Assembly (NCBI GenBank): GCA_965217865.1
Contig: CBDCJO010000002.1
Coordinates: forward strand, 5,216,001-5,280,000
Direction: 5' to 3'
DNA from: Candidatus Latescibacterota bacterium
GTDB lineage: Bacteria; Latescibacterota; UBA2968; SICM01
Length of the DNA stretch: 64,000 nucleotides
The translations under genes were made by a program, and so were the position numbers. Position 1 is the first letter of the stretch, and every line of letters starts with the position of its first letter. Under the pieces are notes generated by a model, which was not told the origin of the DNA, searched no databases, and saw nothing but the letters and a program-made list of their open reading frames with translations. Below are positions 49,674 to 59,472 of this stretch, in pieces.

Positions 49674-49873
49674 CTAGTGTCGTGTCCCAGTAATTCCTTA
49701 CAAAAGAAAGTCTCCAAAAACGTAGCGGTGGCTGTCATTTTGATCGAGAGCCAGCGAGCGAAGATCGCACCAACTGTCTGATAGTTCGGGACATAGAGAT
49801 CCTTCGCTCCGCTCAGGACGAACAGACCGCTATCCGAGAAATTATTGAAGGAATTTCCGGGACACGACACTAG
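49674..49873. mobile_element. 200-bp MITE carrying a REP-like doublet
   Basis: Perfect 15-bp terminal inverted repeat CTAGTGTCGTGTCCC / GGGACACGACACTAG, extending to ~26 bp with few mismatches. Confidence 0.8.
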
Positions 49874-49978
49874 GGGTCCTCCAATATTTTATTCAATCTT
49901 CAATATTCAATTTCTCTAACCCTGGCCTCCGACACTCGACCTTTGACCATCGTCTATCGTCTACGGTCCATTACCGGC

Positions 49979-50464
49979 TTATGGGGCTAATTCCTTGGCC
50001 TCATACGGAACCTGCATCAGCTCCACGATGTTCCCATCCGGATCTTCCAGGTATGCGACGTGCACGATTGCCCATTCCTTGTCGAAACTTACGGGATCTG
50101 ATGTGAACTTGACACCATTGGCTTTTAAGTCCCGATAGGCCTCGGCCAGATTGGGCACGCCGAAGCAGACATGAGAATGTCCGATATCGCCCAATTTAGC
50201 CTTTGAGATCTTCCCCTTGGGCGCGAGGTATTGTTGTAAGTCAAGGAGAATTCCCGGTGTTTCAAGGGCTTGCAATCGCACCACCTGGATGATGGTTCCA
50301 TCAACCCCGGTCATTTTCGAGATGGCCTCGCCTTCCAGGAGATGACGTTCAACCTCCTGCAAACCCAACAGGTCTCGATAGAATATGATCGAGCGTTCAA
50401 TATCACTCACGGTTACGGAGGTATGATCCAGGACGTTAACGGGATTCAGCATTAGTAAAAACAA
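49979..50464 (-). CDS. VOC/glyoxalase family protein
   Basis: DHTSVTVSDIERSIIFY, HVCFGV, LEDPDGNIVEL. Confidence 0.88.
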   Translation of the reverse strand: MFLLMLNPVNVLDHTSVTVSDIERSIIFYRDLLGLQEVERHLLEGEAISKMTGVDGTIIQVVRLQALETPGILLDLQQYLAPKGKISKAKLGDIGHSHVCFGVPNLAEAYRDLKANGVKFTSDPVSFDKEWAIVHVAYLEDPDGNIVELMQVPYEAKELAP

Positions 50465-50640
50465 CTCAGCTTGAAATGGATTCTTATGACGAAGTCAAAA
50501 AAATCGATTTTATTTTCTTCAAATTTCCGGATTCAAAAAGAACGGGTTACAGAAAACAACTGCAGCCCGAGATTGGTTTGAAGGGATAAAGAAATTGGCG
50601 CGGCGGTCCGAGGTATCCTGTTGCGGAGCGAATGGTGCCA

Positions 50641-51648
50641 TTATACGAAGACGTCCTGGGTCTCTCCGCGGGTGACCGTGACCTGCCCGGCCTCCTCGAG
50701 CTGCCGCACCGTCTGGACGACCCGAAGCTGGACCTCCTCAACGTCGCTCATCCGGACCGGTCCGGAAAACTCCATCTCCTCGCGGATCATCTGGCTCACA
50801 CGCTCGGACACATTCGAAAAGATCCGATCCTGCATCTCGGGCGCAGACCCCTTCAGCGCAGTCGCCAAATCCTTCGTGTCCACCTCCCGCAGCACCATCT
50901 GGATCTCGCGGTCCGTCAGGTTCGCGATGTCGTCGAACGTGAACATCATGTTCCGGATCTCCTCCGCGATCTCTGGATCCTGGGAGTCCAGTCGCTCCAG
51001 AACGGCCTTCTCCGTCGAACGGCCCGTCATGTTCAGGATCTCCGCCACCTTCTTCGGCCCCCCGATCTCCGTGATTTGACCCGTCAGGATCGCCTGGAGC
51101 TCATTGGCAAGCGTATCCTCGATCTCCCGAAGCACCTGCGGTGAGATGTTCTCCATAGCGGCCACCCGGTAGGTCACCTCCGACTGGAGCTCTTCCGGAA
51201 GGATGTTCAGGACGCCCGCGGCCTGAGATGGGTCCAGCTGAGATAGGATCAGGGCGATCGTCTGCGGGTGTTCCTTGCTGATGAACGGGGCGATCTGGTT
51301 CGGCGCGATGTTCCGGAGCAGGTAGAAGCCCCCCGTGGTCGTGGCCGTCACCCGGTCGAGCATCGTCTGCGCCCGGCGGGGGCCCATGGCCTTCTCGAGC
51401 GTCCCCCGGGCGAAATCGATCCCGCCCATCGAGATGTACTTCCCGGCCATCAAAAGCGTCTCGAACTCCTCGAGGACCTCGTCCTCCTGGTCCGTCGTGA
51501 CGGTCCTGAGCTCGGCGATGGTCTGGGCGATGTCCTCGATCTCGTAATCGTTCAGGTATTTCAGGATCTCCGCACTGGTGTCCTGACCGAGCGCGATCAT
51601 CAGGATGGCCACTTTCTGGCGAGATGAAAATCCTTCCGTTTCCGCCAA
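50641..51648 (-). CDS. fliG: Flagellar motor switch protein FliG
   Basis: QKVAILM, GGIDFA, EHPQTIALIL, GG.KKVAEILN, MFTFDD, GPVR.SDVE. Confidence 0.93.
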   Translation of the reverse strand: MAETEGFSSRQKVAILMIALGQDTSAEILKYLNDYEIEDIAQTIAELRTVTTDQEDEVLEEFETLLMAGKYISMGGIDFARGTLEKAMGPRRAQTMLDRVTATTTGGFYLLRNIAPNQIAPFISKEHPQTIALILSQLDPSQAAGVLNILPEELQSEVTYRVAAMENISPQVLREIEDTLANELQAILTGQITEIGGPKKVAEILNMTGRSTEKAVLERLDSQDPEIAEEIRNMMFTFDDIANLTDREIQMVLREVDTKDLATALKGSAPEMQDRIFSNVSERVSQMIREEMEFSGPVRMSDVEEVQLRVVQTVRQLEEAGQVTVTRGETQDVFV

Positions 51649-51680
51649 AGTTTATATTCTCCTAATTATCTGGGTTTGTC

Positions 51681-52046
51681 TCAAGAGCATCGTTCCGGGA
51701 AGGGGTTCAGGTGTCTCCTTATACGCCTCTGGGTTCGGAGCGTAGAAATGAGAAGAATGACCCAGGCGACGCAGAAGGGGGCGCCCAGAAGAAGCCTTAG
51801 AAGATCATTGCCCTTTCCCGGAAGAGGTTGAGATCGGATCAAGTCCCCAAATGGCCTTATGGCATCGGGCGCCTGTGCAAAGGCCACCCCTACCAGAATT
51901 CCGGGAAGCAACAGACCGGGTATAATCAGCCTCAAGCCGTTTACCTGTAAAAAGCTTTTCACCCGTTTTGGGTCCGTTCGAAAGGGCTGCTGGTTATAGA
52001 ATTCTCCGATAGAACCTAAATTTACCATAAAATATTGAAAATTCAA
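51681..52046 (-). CDS. Hypothetical membrane protein (start uncertain)
   Basis: Two hydrophobic segments; lies directly upstream of fliG. Confidence 0.4.
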   Translation of the reverse strand: MNFQYFMVNLGSIGEFYNQQPFRTDPKRVKSFLQVNGLRLIIPGLLLPGILVGVAFAQAPDAIRPFGDLIRSQPLPGKGNDLLRLLLGAPFCVAWVILLISTLRTQRRIRRHLNPFPERCS

Positions 52047-52210
52047 AATGGTTGTTTAGCACCTTTCTGCGTGAAATCGGTAAATTCTGGAACCGCTTCG
52101 CTTGTGAAGATTATATATTAAATGGATCCTTCGCCCACCTAAATTCTGATCAGGGCGATTGGGAAGGGGGGTTGATCGAAAAATCGAGTTATGGAAAGGA
52201 GGAGATCGAT

Positions 52211-52528
52211 ATGCTGACAAAGCCCGAGATGACAGAGCACATCAGATCGCGTTTCAGGAACGCGAAAGAACGGGCGGGCGTGTTGGTTAGGGCCTTTAGG
52301 GTTCGGGTGGAGATCCTCGCAACCCGAAGACGCCTTCGGGCAAGATTCGCCGAGATGGGTGAAGAGATTTACGAAGGGATGAAGACCGGATCTCAGGATT
52401 TGGGGGGTGTACCGCGTGTGGTATCTCTGAAGGTCCGCATCGATGGCCTTAAGTCAGAGTTATCCGGCCTTGAGGAAAAACTGAAGAACGTCCTGGAGGG
52501 GGATGTGGATGGGGGGGAGGGGGCCTGA
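52211..52528 (+). CDS. Hypothetical coiled-coil protein
   Basis: RBS AGGAGGAG before ATG 52211; ...EMGEEIYE...coiled coil. Confidence 0.6.
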   Translation: MLTKPEMTEHIRSRFRNAKERAGVLVRAFRVRVEILATRRRLRARFAEMGEEIYEGMKTGSQDLGGVPRVVSLKVRIDGLKSELSGLEEKLKNVLEGDVDGGEGA

Positions 52529-52579
52529 TGGAGGACTGCTTCGGAAAGCCGGCGCGGGTGAGGTAAAAAATCGTATGAT

Positions 52580-52884
52580 GGATCTTCCTAGTTTCTGGTG
52601 GAAAGCGAGGTTCTGTGAGGCGACATATCAGCGGGCCAACGGTCCGTGATCCGGATCAATCTCACGCATACCGTTCATCGCATGGCGATGTGAAATTATC
52701 GCGGCCCTTCAGGCCGCACGATGCTATTGCTTTCCAAAAACCCAGGGCAGCACGCCTGGGTTGAGGGACACGCGCCGATGGCGCTGAAGGTAGGCCCTGA
52801 ATTTGGTCTCGGCTTCTTGATTAGCTTGAAGCCCGGGTGTCAATCGGGAAGACAGGGTCCGCTATATTCCAAGGAGAGCCAAAT
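52580..52884 (-). mobile_element. Non-autonomous REP/IS200-like derivative, copy 1
   Basis: About 305 bp, colinear with 57489-57805. Confidence 0.75.
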
Positions 52885-52943
52885 TGATAAAGGGGTGGAG
52901 CCGCTTCCGTTGAATTTTTCAATAGTCATCTATTGTCCGCAGC

Positions 52944-53756
52944 TTACGGGGCGCTAAAGGTCTCCATTCCGTTCTGATTGTACAACCCGATTCTCGCAAA
53001 AGGCGGGACCTTTTCATTTTTCAGATCCAGAACGTGCAAGATCGCCCAGGCCTTATCGGTTCCCCGATGGAACATGAAGGCCGGTGTATTTTCACGATCC
53101 ACGATTATTGAAATGCTGGGTTGTTCTTTGTCATCTGTGAACGAAATCATCGGGTTTTCTTCTTCCAATCCCATAATCATCCGCCGGATCTTACCTTTCC
53201 CCACGATTTCCAACCAGGGCATATCATTTTCTGAAACTTTGAGACGGGCACGATCATTTCCGTGTGAATCGCCAAGGTATATGCCCACATCTCCTCCACT
53301 CTGCATCCCGAAACTCGCCCGATGGGCACCATTTTCGTCCGTGAAAGACAGCCGGGTATCTGAAGGCCCATGAGTCTCCAGGGTAGCACCTGCTTTTCCG
53401 TTTTTATCGTAGATCGCCAGGATTACACCCTTCTCGTCGTCGACTCCCAATTCCGCCCGGTCTCGACCTTCCGAGTCCATCAGGGTCAGCCGGACCTGCC
53501 TGTCTTCCCCTATCTCAAGTGCCGCTCGTGGATTTTGATGTTTGTCGTATATCTTCAAGGAAACACCTTCCTGGATCGATCCAAGCATAGCCCGTTTGTT
53601 CCCCGCTTGATCGATCACGATAAAGCTCTCCGCCTTGACGATTTTTCTGTTTTGGATCGCCAATATCGTTCCAAGGATGATCAAACCAAATACGATATTG
53701 AGGATTAAAATGCGATTCAATTTTTTTTCTAATCCTTTGAGTTTTTCTTCGTTCAT
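52944..53756 (-). CDS. Hypothetical membrane-anchored beta-repeat protein
   Basis: TM helix, then ~22-aa repeats L.l.D..G..RA.L. Confidence 0.7.
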   Translation of the reverse strand: MNEEKLKGLEKKLNRILILNIVFGLIILGTILAIQNRKIVKAESFIVIDQAGNKRAMLGSIQEGVSLKIYDKHQNPRAALEIGEDRQVRLTLMDSEGRDRAELGVDDEKGVILAIYDKNGKAGATLETHGPSDTRLSFTDENGAHRASFGMQSGGDVGIYLGDSHGNDRARLKVSENDMPWLEIVGKGKIRRMIMGLEEENPMISFTDDKEQPSISIIVDRENTPAFMFHRGTDKAWAILHVLDLKNEKVPPFARIGLYNQNGMETFSAP

Positions 53757-53957
53757 TTGATGCCTCCATTGCTTGTCTTATAGTATTATATCGATGTCGT
53801 AAAATACTGCAGAGCAAAGAATAAAATTTTAGATGCGAACATGCCCAGGTTGAAGGTTCGTGAGTTCTTCTGATCTATTTCAGCCTGGAGTGAGCGCCTG
53901 TCGTTGAAACCGACTGTGGGGGAGGGGCCTAAGCGAGGGTATTTCACCAACGGGGTT

Positions 53958-54347
53958 TCAGATCGACGGTTTGGAGTCTGCAGTAGGCTGGATCTCGTAG
54001 CTGAGGACAGCGGTGTCCAGTGAATCGTAGATCGTAAAGAGACGGTCGAGTTGGGTGGTTGCAAAGACGCTGTCCATTCGTTTGGGCACATTGACCAGGC
54101 GCATGTCCCCGCCGGCGTTTCGCAGGGTTGTTAAGCTGGCCACAAGGGTGCCGAAGATCGCGCTTCCAAACCATCTCACGTGCTGCATGTCCACAATGAT
54201 CTTCTTGTAGCCGTCTCGGAGGAGTGTCCCGAACCGGTCGTGAAAATCGCTGACTTCCGGGGTGCTGACGATCTCGCTCGTAGGCCTGAGAACGGTCACG
54301 TCGCCCCTTTTTTCTTCTTCGATCTCCAACGGAACTCCCAATGCCAC
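53958..54347 (-). CDS. STAS-domain anti-sigma-factor antagonist
   Basis: KIIVDMQHVRWFGSAIFGTLV...GGDMRL. Confidence 0.85.
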   Translation of the reverse strand: MALGVPLEIEEEKRGDVTVLRPTSEIVSTPEVSDFHDRFGTLLRDGYKKIIVDMQHVRWFGSAIFGTLVASLTTLRNAGGDMRLVNVPKRMDSVFATTQLDRLFTIYDSLDTAVLSYEIQPTADSKPSI

Positions 54348-54396
54348 TTCGATGTGGCCTTACGTGTCTTCGCCTTCGAGAAAACCGTCTATAAAA

Positions 54397-55104
54397 CTAT
54401 GGTTGTCCTGCCCCAGCAGGACTGTGACTTTGCCAGAAAACCTTTCCAACGAAAAACGGGCCCAGGGACTCGATATATCTTGCCGTCTGCTGAGTTTTTC
54501 GCATATCCTGTACGATCCGGGAAAGGGGATAGAGGCTCTCACCCACCAATCCGATCACAAATTCATTGTCATTTCGATCGAGCCCGTGACATGCCAGGCG
54601 GATATCGTGGGCGAACCCGGAACGGCCATAAGAGATGCCGATAGCAGCGTGTTCCAGGAGAATTTTATCCTGCTCCTCCTGAGAGAGCAGTTGGAATTCC
54701 GATTTCCGACGCAGCGGATACCAGATTGCCCACGGAAATTCGGGGTTCAAAGCGTTCCGGCGGGGTTTGGCCAGGAGCCAGTCCTCCTTGTCCCGCTCGT
54801 GTCCGGTTGAATATGTCCTGCCGGTCATCGTCAGTGCCGGTTTTTGTTTCAGAGATACAAAAGTATTGCTTACAAGCAGGGACCTCGCCTCAGTTATGAG
54901 GAGAACGGGGTTTTCGGCCATAAGCAGCAGACCGACGCCACGGGGATCGTGCAGATCACGATAAAGAACGCCTTCCAATCCGCTGGCCTGAAGCGAGTCT
55001 ACCAGTGGACTTTCATCTAAACATTCCCCGAAAGCCTGAAGCTGGCAGTAGAGACGGGGTTCATCAGCCTGAATATCATGCAATGAAAGATTCCGGATCT
55101 GCAA
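54397..55104 (-). CDS. Chlorite dismutase / coproheme decarboxylase family protein
   Basis: WAIWYPLRR, ILLEHA.IG, HGLDRNDNEFV, PFFVG. Confidence 0.8.
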   Translation of the reverse strand: MQIRNLSLHDIQADEPRLYCQLQAFGECLDESPLVDSLQASGLEGVLYRDLHDPRGVGLLLMAENPVLLITEARSLLVSNTFVSLKQKPALTMTGRTYSTGHERDKEDWLLAKPRRNALNPEFPWAIWYPLRRKSEFQLLSQEEQDKILLEHAAIGISYGRSGFAHDIRLACHGLDRNDNEFVIGLVGESLYPLSRIVQDMRKTQQTARYIESLGPFFVGKVFWQSHSPAGAGQP

Positions 55105-55340
55105 TGTTCTCTCGTGTTAGGTTTGAGTCCCGATTTAGCGCCTTCAATTTACCCTGCCATATGAATGAAGTCAAGGTATTATCAGTTTGGTTGAGGAGCC
55201 TGATTATGGATGCGAAACGTACGGTTTTCAGATTGACACAGGGATAAAATAGTTCTAAGTTCCGGGTTCCGGAGAATTTCAAATTCCGATTTAATAGGTT
55301 CCGTGTTCCGGATGGTGTCGGTCAGTGAAAGGAAAAAATT

Positions 55341-56690
55341 ATGGCCCAGATCGACTGGCAGAAAATTCAGTCCGAGGCGGTGGAGCATCTTCGGGCACTG
55401 GTTAGAGTCGACACCACGAATCCCCCGGGGAATGAGCGGCCGGCGGCGGAATACATTGCGGGTGTCTGCGAAAAGGCCGGACTCAAAACAGAGGTCGTTG
55501 AATCCGGCGGTCCAAATCGGGGTAACGTGGTGGCCAGGATGGTCGGAAACGGGAAGGCCCGCCCCGTTCTTCTCCTATCTCATTTAGACGTGGTGCCCGC
55601 GGAACCGTCGAAATGGACCCATCCGCCATTTGGCGGAGATCTGGCTGAGGGATATGTCTGGGGGAGGGGATCGGTGGACTCAAAGTTGACGGCTGCCGTG
55701 GGGTTGACCACCCTTCTTCTCTGCGCTCGAACAGGGACCGCCCTGAAGCGTGATCTCATTCTAGCGGCCACCGCGGACGAAGAGATGGGAGGTCCGGCGA
55801 ATGGTGCGGCGTGGCTTGCAAACAACCGGAAGGACCTGATTGACGCGGAGTACGTGATCAACGAAGGAGGGGGATTCGCGCTGGAAATCGGCGGGAAAAG
55901 GTTCTACGTCTGTCAAACCGCTGAAAAAGGGGCATGCGACGTGGATTTGATCGGGAAAGGGATGCCGGGACACGCCTCCGTTCCCCACGATGATAACGCG
56001 ATTGTCCATCTTGCGGAGTCGGTGGTCAAATTGGGTTCCGGACGGCTCGGTTTTCACGTGACGGAGACGGCTCGCGGGTTCTTCGAGAAGGCGGCTGCAG
56101 CCCAGGACAGTGAGGAGAATGCCCGCCTGCTGCGAGATATGCTGGATCCGAAGAAAGAGCCGGAGACCTTTTGCCGCCTCCCTACGGACGACCCCACGCG
56201 GTTGATGTTCGACGCCATGCTCCGGAACACGGCGGCCCCCACGATATTAAATGGGGGGGTAAAACGGAATGTCATCCCTTCGGAGGTGAGCCTGAGCATG
56301 AGTGGAAGGCCGCTGCCGGGCCAGACGAAGGAATCCATCATCGGAGAGCTAAGAGAGAAGGTCGAAGACCGGGTGGAAATCGTCGAAGGCCGATGGCGGC
56401 CGGGAATAGAGTCGAACCCGGACTCGCCCCTTTTCGAGGCCATGGATCGCGCAATCAAAAGGGTCGACCCGGAAGGTCAGGTTGTCCCGTTTCTGATCAC
56501 CGGGGGGACGGATGCTCACCAACTGGATCCCATTAATGCGACGGTCTATGGATTTTTACCGATGCGATATGAACCGGGATGGGCTTATTTCGATCTTTGC
56601 CACGGGCACGATGAACGGATTTCGGAAGCGTCTGTGGGGTTCGGTGTGAAGGTCCTGTATGAGACGATTTGTGATCTGAATCGTGCTTGA
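55341..56690 (+). CDS. M20/M25/M40 metallopeptidase
   Basis: SHLDVVP, GRGSVDSK, ADEE, NEGG, GHAS, GGTDA, HGHDE. Confidence 0.9.
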   Translation: MAQIDWQKIQSEAVEHLRALVRVDTTNPPGNERPAAEYIAGVCEKAGLKTEVVESGGPNRGNVVARMVGNGKARPVLLLSHLDVVPAEPSKWTHPPFGGDLAEGYVWGRGSVDSKLTAAVGLTTLLLCARTGTALKRDLILAATADEEMGGPANGAAWLANNRKDLIDAEYVINEGGGFALEIGGKRFYVCQTAEKGACDVDLIGKGMPGHASVPHDDNAIVHLAESVVKLGSGRLGFHVTETARGFFEKAAAAQDSEENARLLRDMLDPKKEPETFCRLPTDDPTRLMFDAMLRNTAAPTILNGGVKRNVIPSEVSLSMSGRPLPGQTKESIIGELREKVEDRVEIVEGRWRPGIESNPDSPLFEAMDRAIKRVDPEGQVVPFLITGGTDAHQLDPINATVYGFLPMRYEPGWAYFDLCHGHDERISEASVGFGVKVLYETICDLNRA

Positions 56691-56798
56691 TTCGAAAGTT
56701 ATATACGTTGACACGATCGATTTATGCGGCGCTTCTGTCGGCCATAGAAATGATCAAATCTCATTCATAGATTCAAAATACGTTAACCATTTCCAAAA

Positions 56799-57452
56799 GT
56801 GAGGGGGATCGTGAAGAATAAGACAAAAGAAAAATTACAGCGCGGAGAGGTTGTCCTTGGGGCGACCATCGGGACACCCACCCCGATCGTTCGGGTGGTC
56901 TGGAACGATCAGGTCGCTATCAAGAAGGCCCTTGACGTCGGGGCCTGGGGGCTTATCATCCCGTGGGTAAACAATCGGGAACAGGCCGAGGCGGCCGTAA
57001 GAGCGGCGAAATATCCTCCGATGGGCACACGCGGGTTCGGTCCCAGGTGGGTAATGGTTTCGGGTGGGGAACCCGTTGAGTACGCGAAGACGGCCAATGA
57101 GGAGACGCTGGTCATCGTTCAGATCGAGACTGCTGAAGCGGTTGAAAATCTTGAAGAGATCCTGACCACTCCCGGTGTGGATGGCTATCTTATCGGTCCG
57201 ATGGACCTTTCAGCATCTCTGGGCCATCTGGGGAATCCAGCCCACCCCGAGGTTGAAAAGGTCATCGAGGATGTGATCACAAGAAGTAGAAAACTGAATG
57301 TCCCGGGGGGATATGCAAACGCCACCACGGAGCTCTGTCTGAGGCGGATCGAATAGGGGTTTCAAATGGTGACGGTGGGAGGAGATCTGAGTTTTCTGAA
57401 AATGGGCGCTCAAGGGGTGTTGGAGAAAATGAAAGAGGGAAATTCAAAGTGA
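56799..57452 (+). pseudogene. HpcH/HpaI aldolase with internal deletion and in-frame TAG
   Basis: GATIGTP joins directly to TPIVRVVWND (the DxEH segment is missing); TAG at 57354-57356 is followed in frame by GFQMVTVGGDLSFL...*. Confidence 0.82.
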
Positions 57453-57487
<35 letters not shown>

Positions 57488-57488
57488 A

Positions 57489-57805
57489 GGATCTTCCTAG
57501 TTTTTGGTGGAAAGCAAGGTTCTATGAGGCGACGCATCAGCGGGCCAACGGTCCGCGATCCGGATCAATCCCATACATACCGTAGATGAATCAGGACAGG
57601 AATTGAGGGATGTGAAATTATCGCGGCCCTTCAGGCCGCACGACGCTATTGTTTCGCACGACCCAGGGCGTTGCCCTGGGTTAAGGGACAACGCGCCGTT
57701 GGCGCTGAAAGAAGGCCCTGACTATAGTCTCGGCTTCTCGATTAGCTCGAAAGCTCGGATGTCAATCGCGAAGACAGGTTCCACTATATTACACGGAGAG
57801 CCAAA
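57489..57805 (-). mobile_element. Non-autonomous REP/IS200-like derivative, copy 2
   Basis: Palindromes GCGGCC-cttca-GGCCGC, CCCAGGGC-gtt-GCCCTGGG, GCGCC-gtt-GGCGC; relic RYVWD* on the minus strand. Confidence 0.75.
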
Positions 57806-57971
57806 CTGCAAAGTTCTCGAAAAAAGGAACCGCGCATTTGTGCTTGACCCGGACTTTCCAGTCTCATTATCTTTCGCAATTAGAAGATTAAGGCTTGACT
57901 TTTGGTCCCTTTTTCGTTATATTAAGTGTAGAGAAAACAACTAACTTAACCAAAAAAAGGGAGGAAGGAAA

Positions 57972-58856
57972 ATGAACTTGTTGACGGCGATTGAAAAGTT
58001 CCCGACGCAGGAATCATGCATTGAGCATCTTGAGCGGGTAAGGTTCAGAGATGATCCGTTTTGTCCGTTATGCGGTGCTGTTGGTGAGTGTGCTCGAAAG
58101 AAAGAGGGAAACATTATAGGGCGTTGGAACTGCCATGCCTGCAAGTCTAGCTTCAACGTCCTTTCTGGGACAATATTTCAGGGAACGCACCTTCCACTAC
58201 AGAAGTGGTTTATGGCAATCGCATTGATCGTCAACGCCAAGAAAAGCCTGTCCAGTTGCCAGCTTGCCCGGGACCTGAACCTTACCCAACGGTCCGCATG
58301 GTACGTGCAACAGCGGATTCGTGCCGAGATGGCAACAAGGCAGGGGAAGGTATTGTTGCGCGGGATCGTCGAAGCCGACGAGACCTACGTAGGAGGCAAG
58401 CCACGGAAACGCAACAGGCAGTCAGGTGGCGGTGGCAACGCTCCCAGAGGACGCGGGACTAGCAAGACTCCGGTTATAGGAGCCGTGGAGCGTGGCGGGA
58501 AGGTAGTTGCCCGTGTGGCGGACGATCTGTCAGGCAGGGGAGTTCTGGCCTTCATCAAACAGGCGATAGACCCTTCGGAGTCGGTGCTTGTCACGGACGA
58601 ATTTAGCGCCTACAACACCGTAAGGCAAATCATGAGCCATGCTGTGATTCACCACGCCAGGCAATACGCGGACGGAGATATCCACACCAACACGATTGAT
58701 GGCGTATGGTCCCTGCTCAAGCGAGCCTGGTACGGTTCACATCATCACTACACGAAGCGTTACACGCCGTTCTACGTGGCCGAAGCGTGCTACAAATACA
58801 ATAACCGGAAGAACAAGCGGACGTTTGATACGTTCATGAAGGGATGCTTTGCATGA
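57972..58856 (+). CDS. IS1595 transposase
   Basis: Zn ribbon CPLCG...CHAC, VEADETYVGGK, VTDE, HTNTIDGVW. Confidence 0.93.
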   Translation: MNLLTAIEKFPTQESCIEHLERVRFRDDPFCPLCGAVGECARKKEGNIIGRWNCHACKSSFNVLSGTIFQGTHLPLQKWFMAIALIVNAKKSLSSCQLARDLNLTQRSAWYVQQRIRAEMATRQGKVLLRGIVEADETYVGGKPRKRNRQSGGGGNAPRGRGTSKTPVIGAVERGGKVVARVADDLSGRGVLAFIKQAIDPSESVLVTDEFSAYNTVRQIMSHAVIHHARQYADGDIHTNTIDGVWSLLKRAWYGSHHHYTKRYTPFYVAEACYKYNNRKNKRTFDTFMKGCFA

Positions 58857-58978
58857 CCTTTGCACGCTTTGCATTTTTTCGGACCTTCTCTAGTTGTTTT
58901 ATCAAGTAGTCAATACCCTCATCAATTTCTATACAACTGAAAAAGACGCATTGTCATATCTCACACGGAAAGGGGTTT

Positions 58979-59305
58979 ATGAATAGCTTATCAAGGAAGC
59001 CACATGATAGTATTTTAGACCCAAAGATTGAAAATGTGGTTAAGATTCTACAGAAAAATGGAGTAGAAACTTGCCAGTCATGCCAGGGTGGAGAAGGACA
59101 TGCTTACGACCAGCCAACGGTAGAGTTTCGTGGTGGAGTTGGGGAAGGTCCTCGTGCTTACGGGGTTGCGGTGATTCACGGATTGCCCGTTACAAAGTTG
59201 TCGAGGGAATGGGGTGTGCAGGATAACGAATTGACGGGACCGCATTGGGCAATGGAATTTAATCCGCGCTTTCTTCCGGTCCCGTCAATTCCTGAGGGCT
59301 ACTAG
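58979..59305 (+). CDS. IS passenger gene, hypothetical
   Basis: 108 aa, RBS AAGGGG; LDPKI..VV..L...GVET.QSCQG motif. Confidence 0.7.
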   Translation: MNSLSRKPHDSILDPKIENVVKILQKNGVETCQSCQGGEGHAYDQPTVEFRGGVGEGPRAYGVAVIHGLPVTKLSREWGVQDNELTGPHWAMEFNPRFLPVPSIPEGY

Positions 59306-59472
59306 CAATTGTTGTTTCTGATCAGGCGTGCACATTCTAAGCACTGTTCTTTGCCTCCAGTGCCCGAGCGTCTGTTTTCTGTCTCGATGTTATTGCCCGT
59401 ATTGCAGTTTGTGCACTCGTGGTAAACAATCGCATCATCGTCGTCAGAATGCCACGGACTTATTCTGGCCAT
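59302..59472 (-). CDS. IS passenger gene, small Cys/His-rich protein
   Basis: RBS AGGAGGTG, ATG 59472; VYHECTNCNTGNNIE...GTGG...CLEC. Confidence 0.7.
   Translation of the reverse strand: MARISPWHSDDDDAIVYHECTNCNTGNNIETENRRSGTGGKEQCLECARLIRNNNC

Noticed and set aside
57354-57356. In-frame TAG as evidence for stop-codon recoding or pyrrolysine
   Set aside because: The gene is independently broken, and TAG ends many intact genes here (higB, mreC, the aminotransferase).
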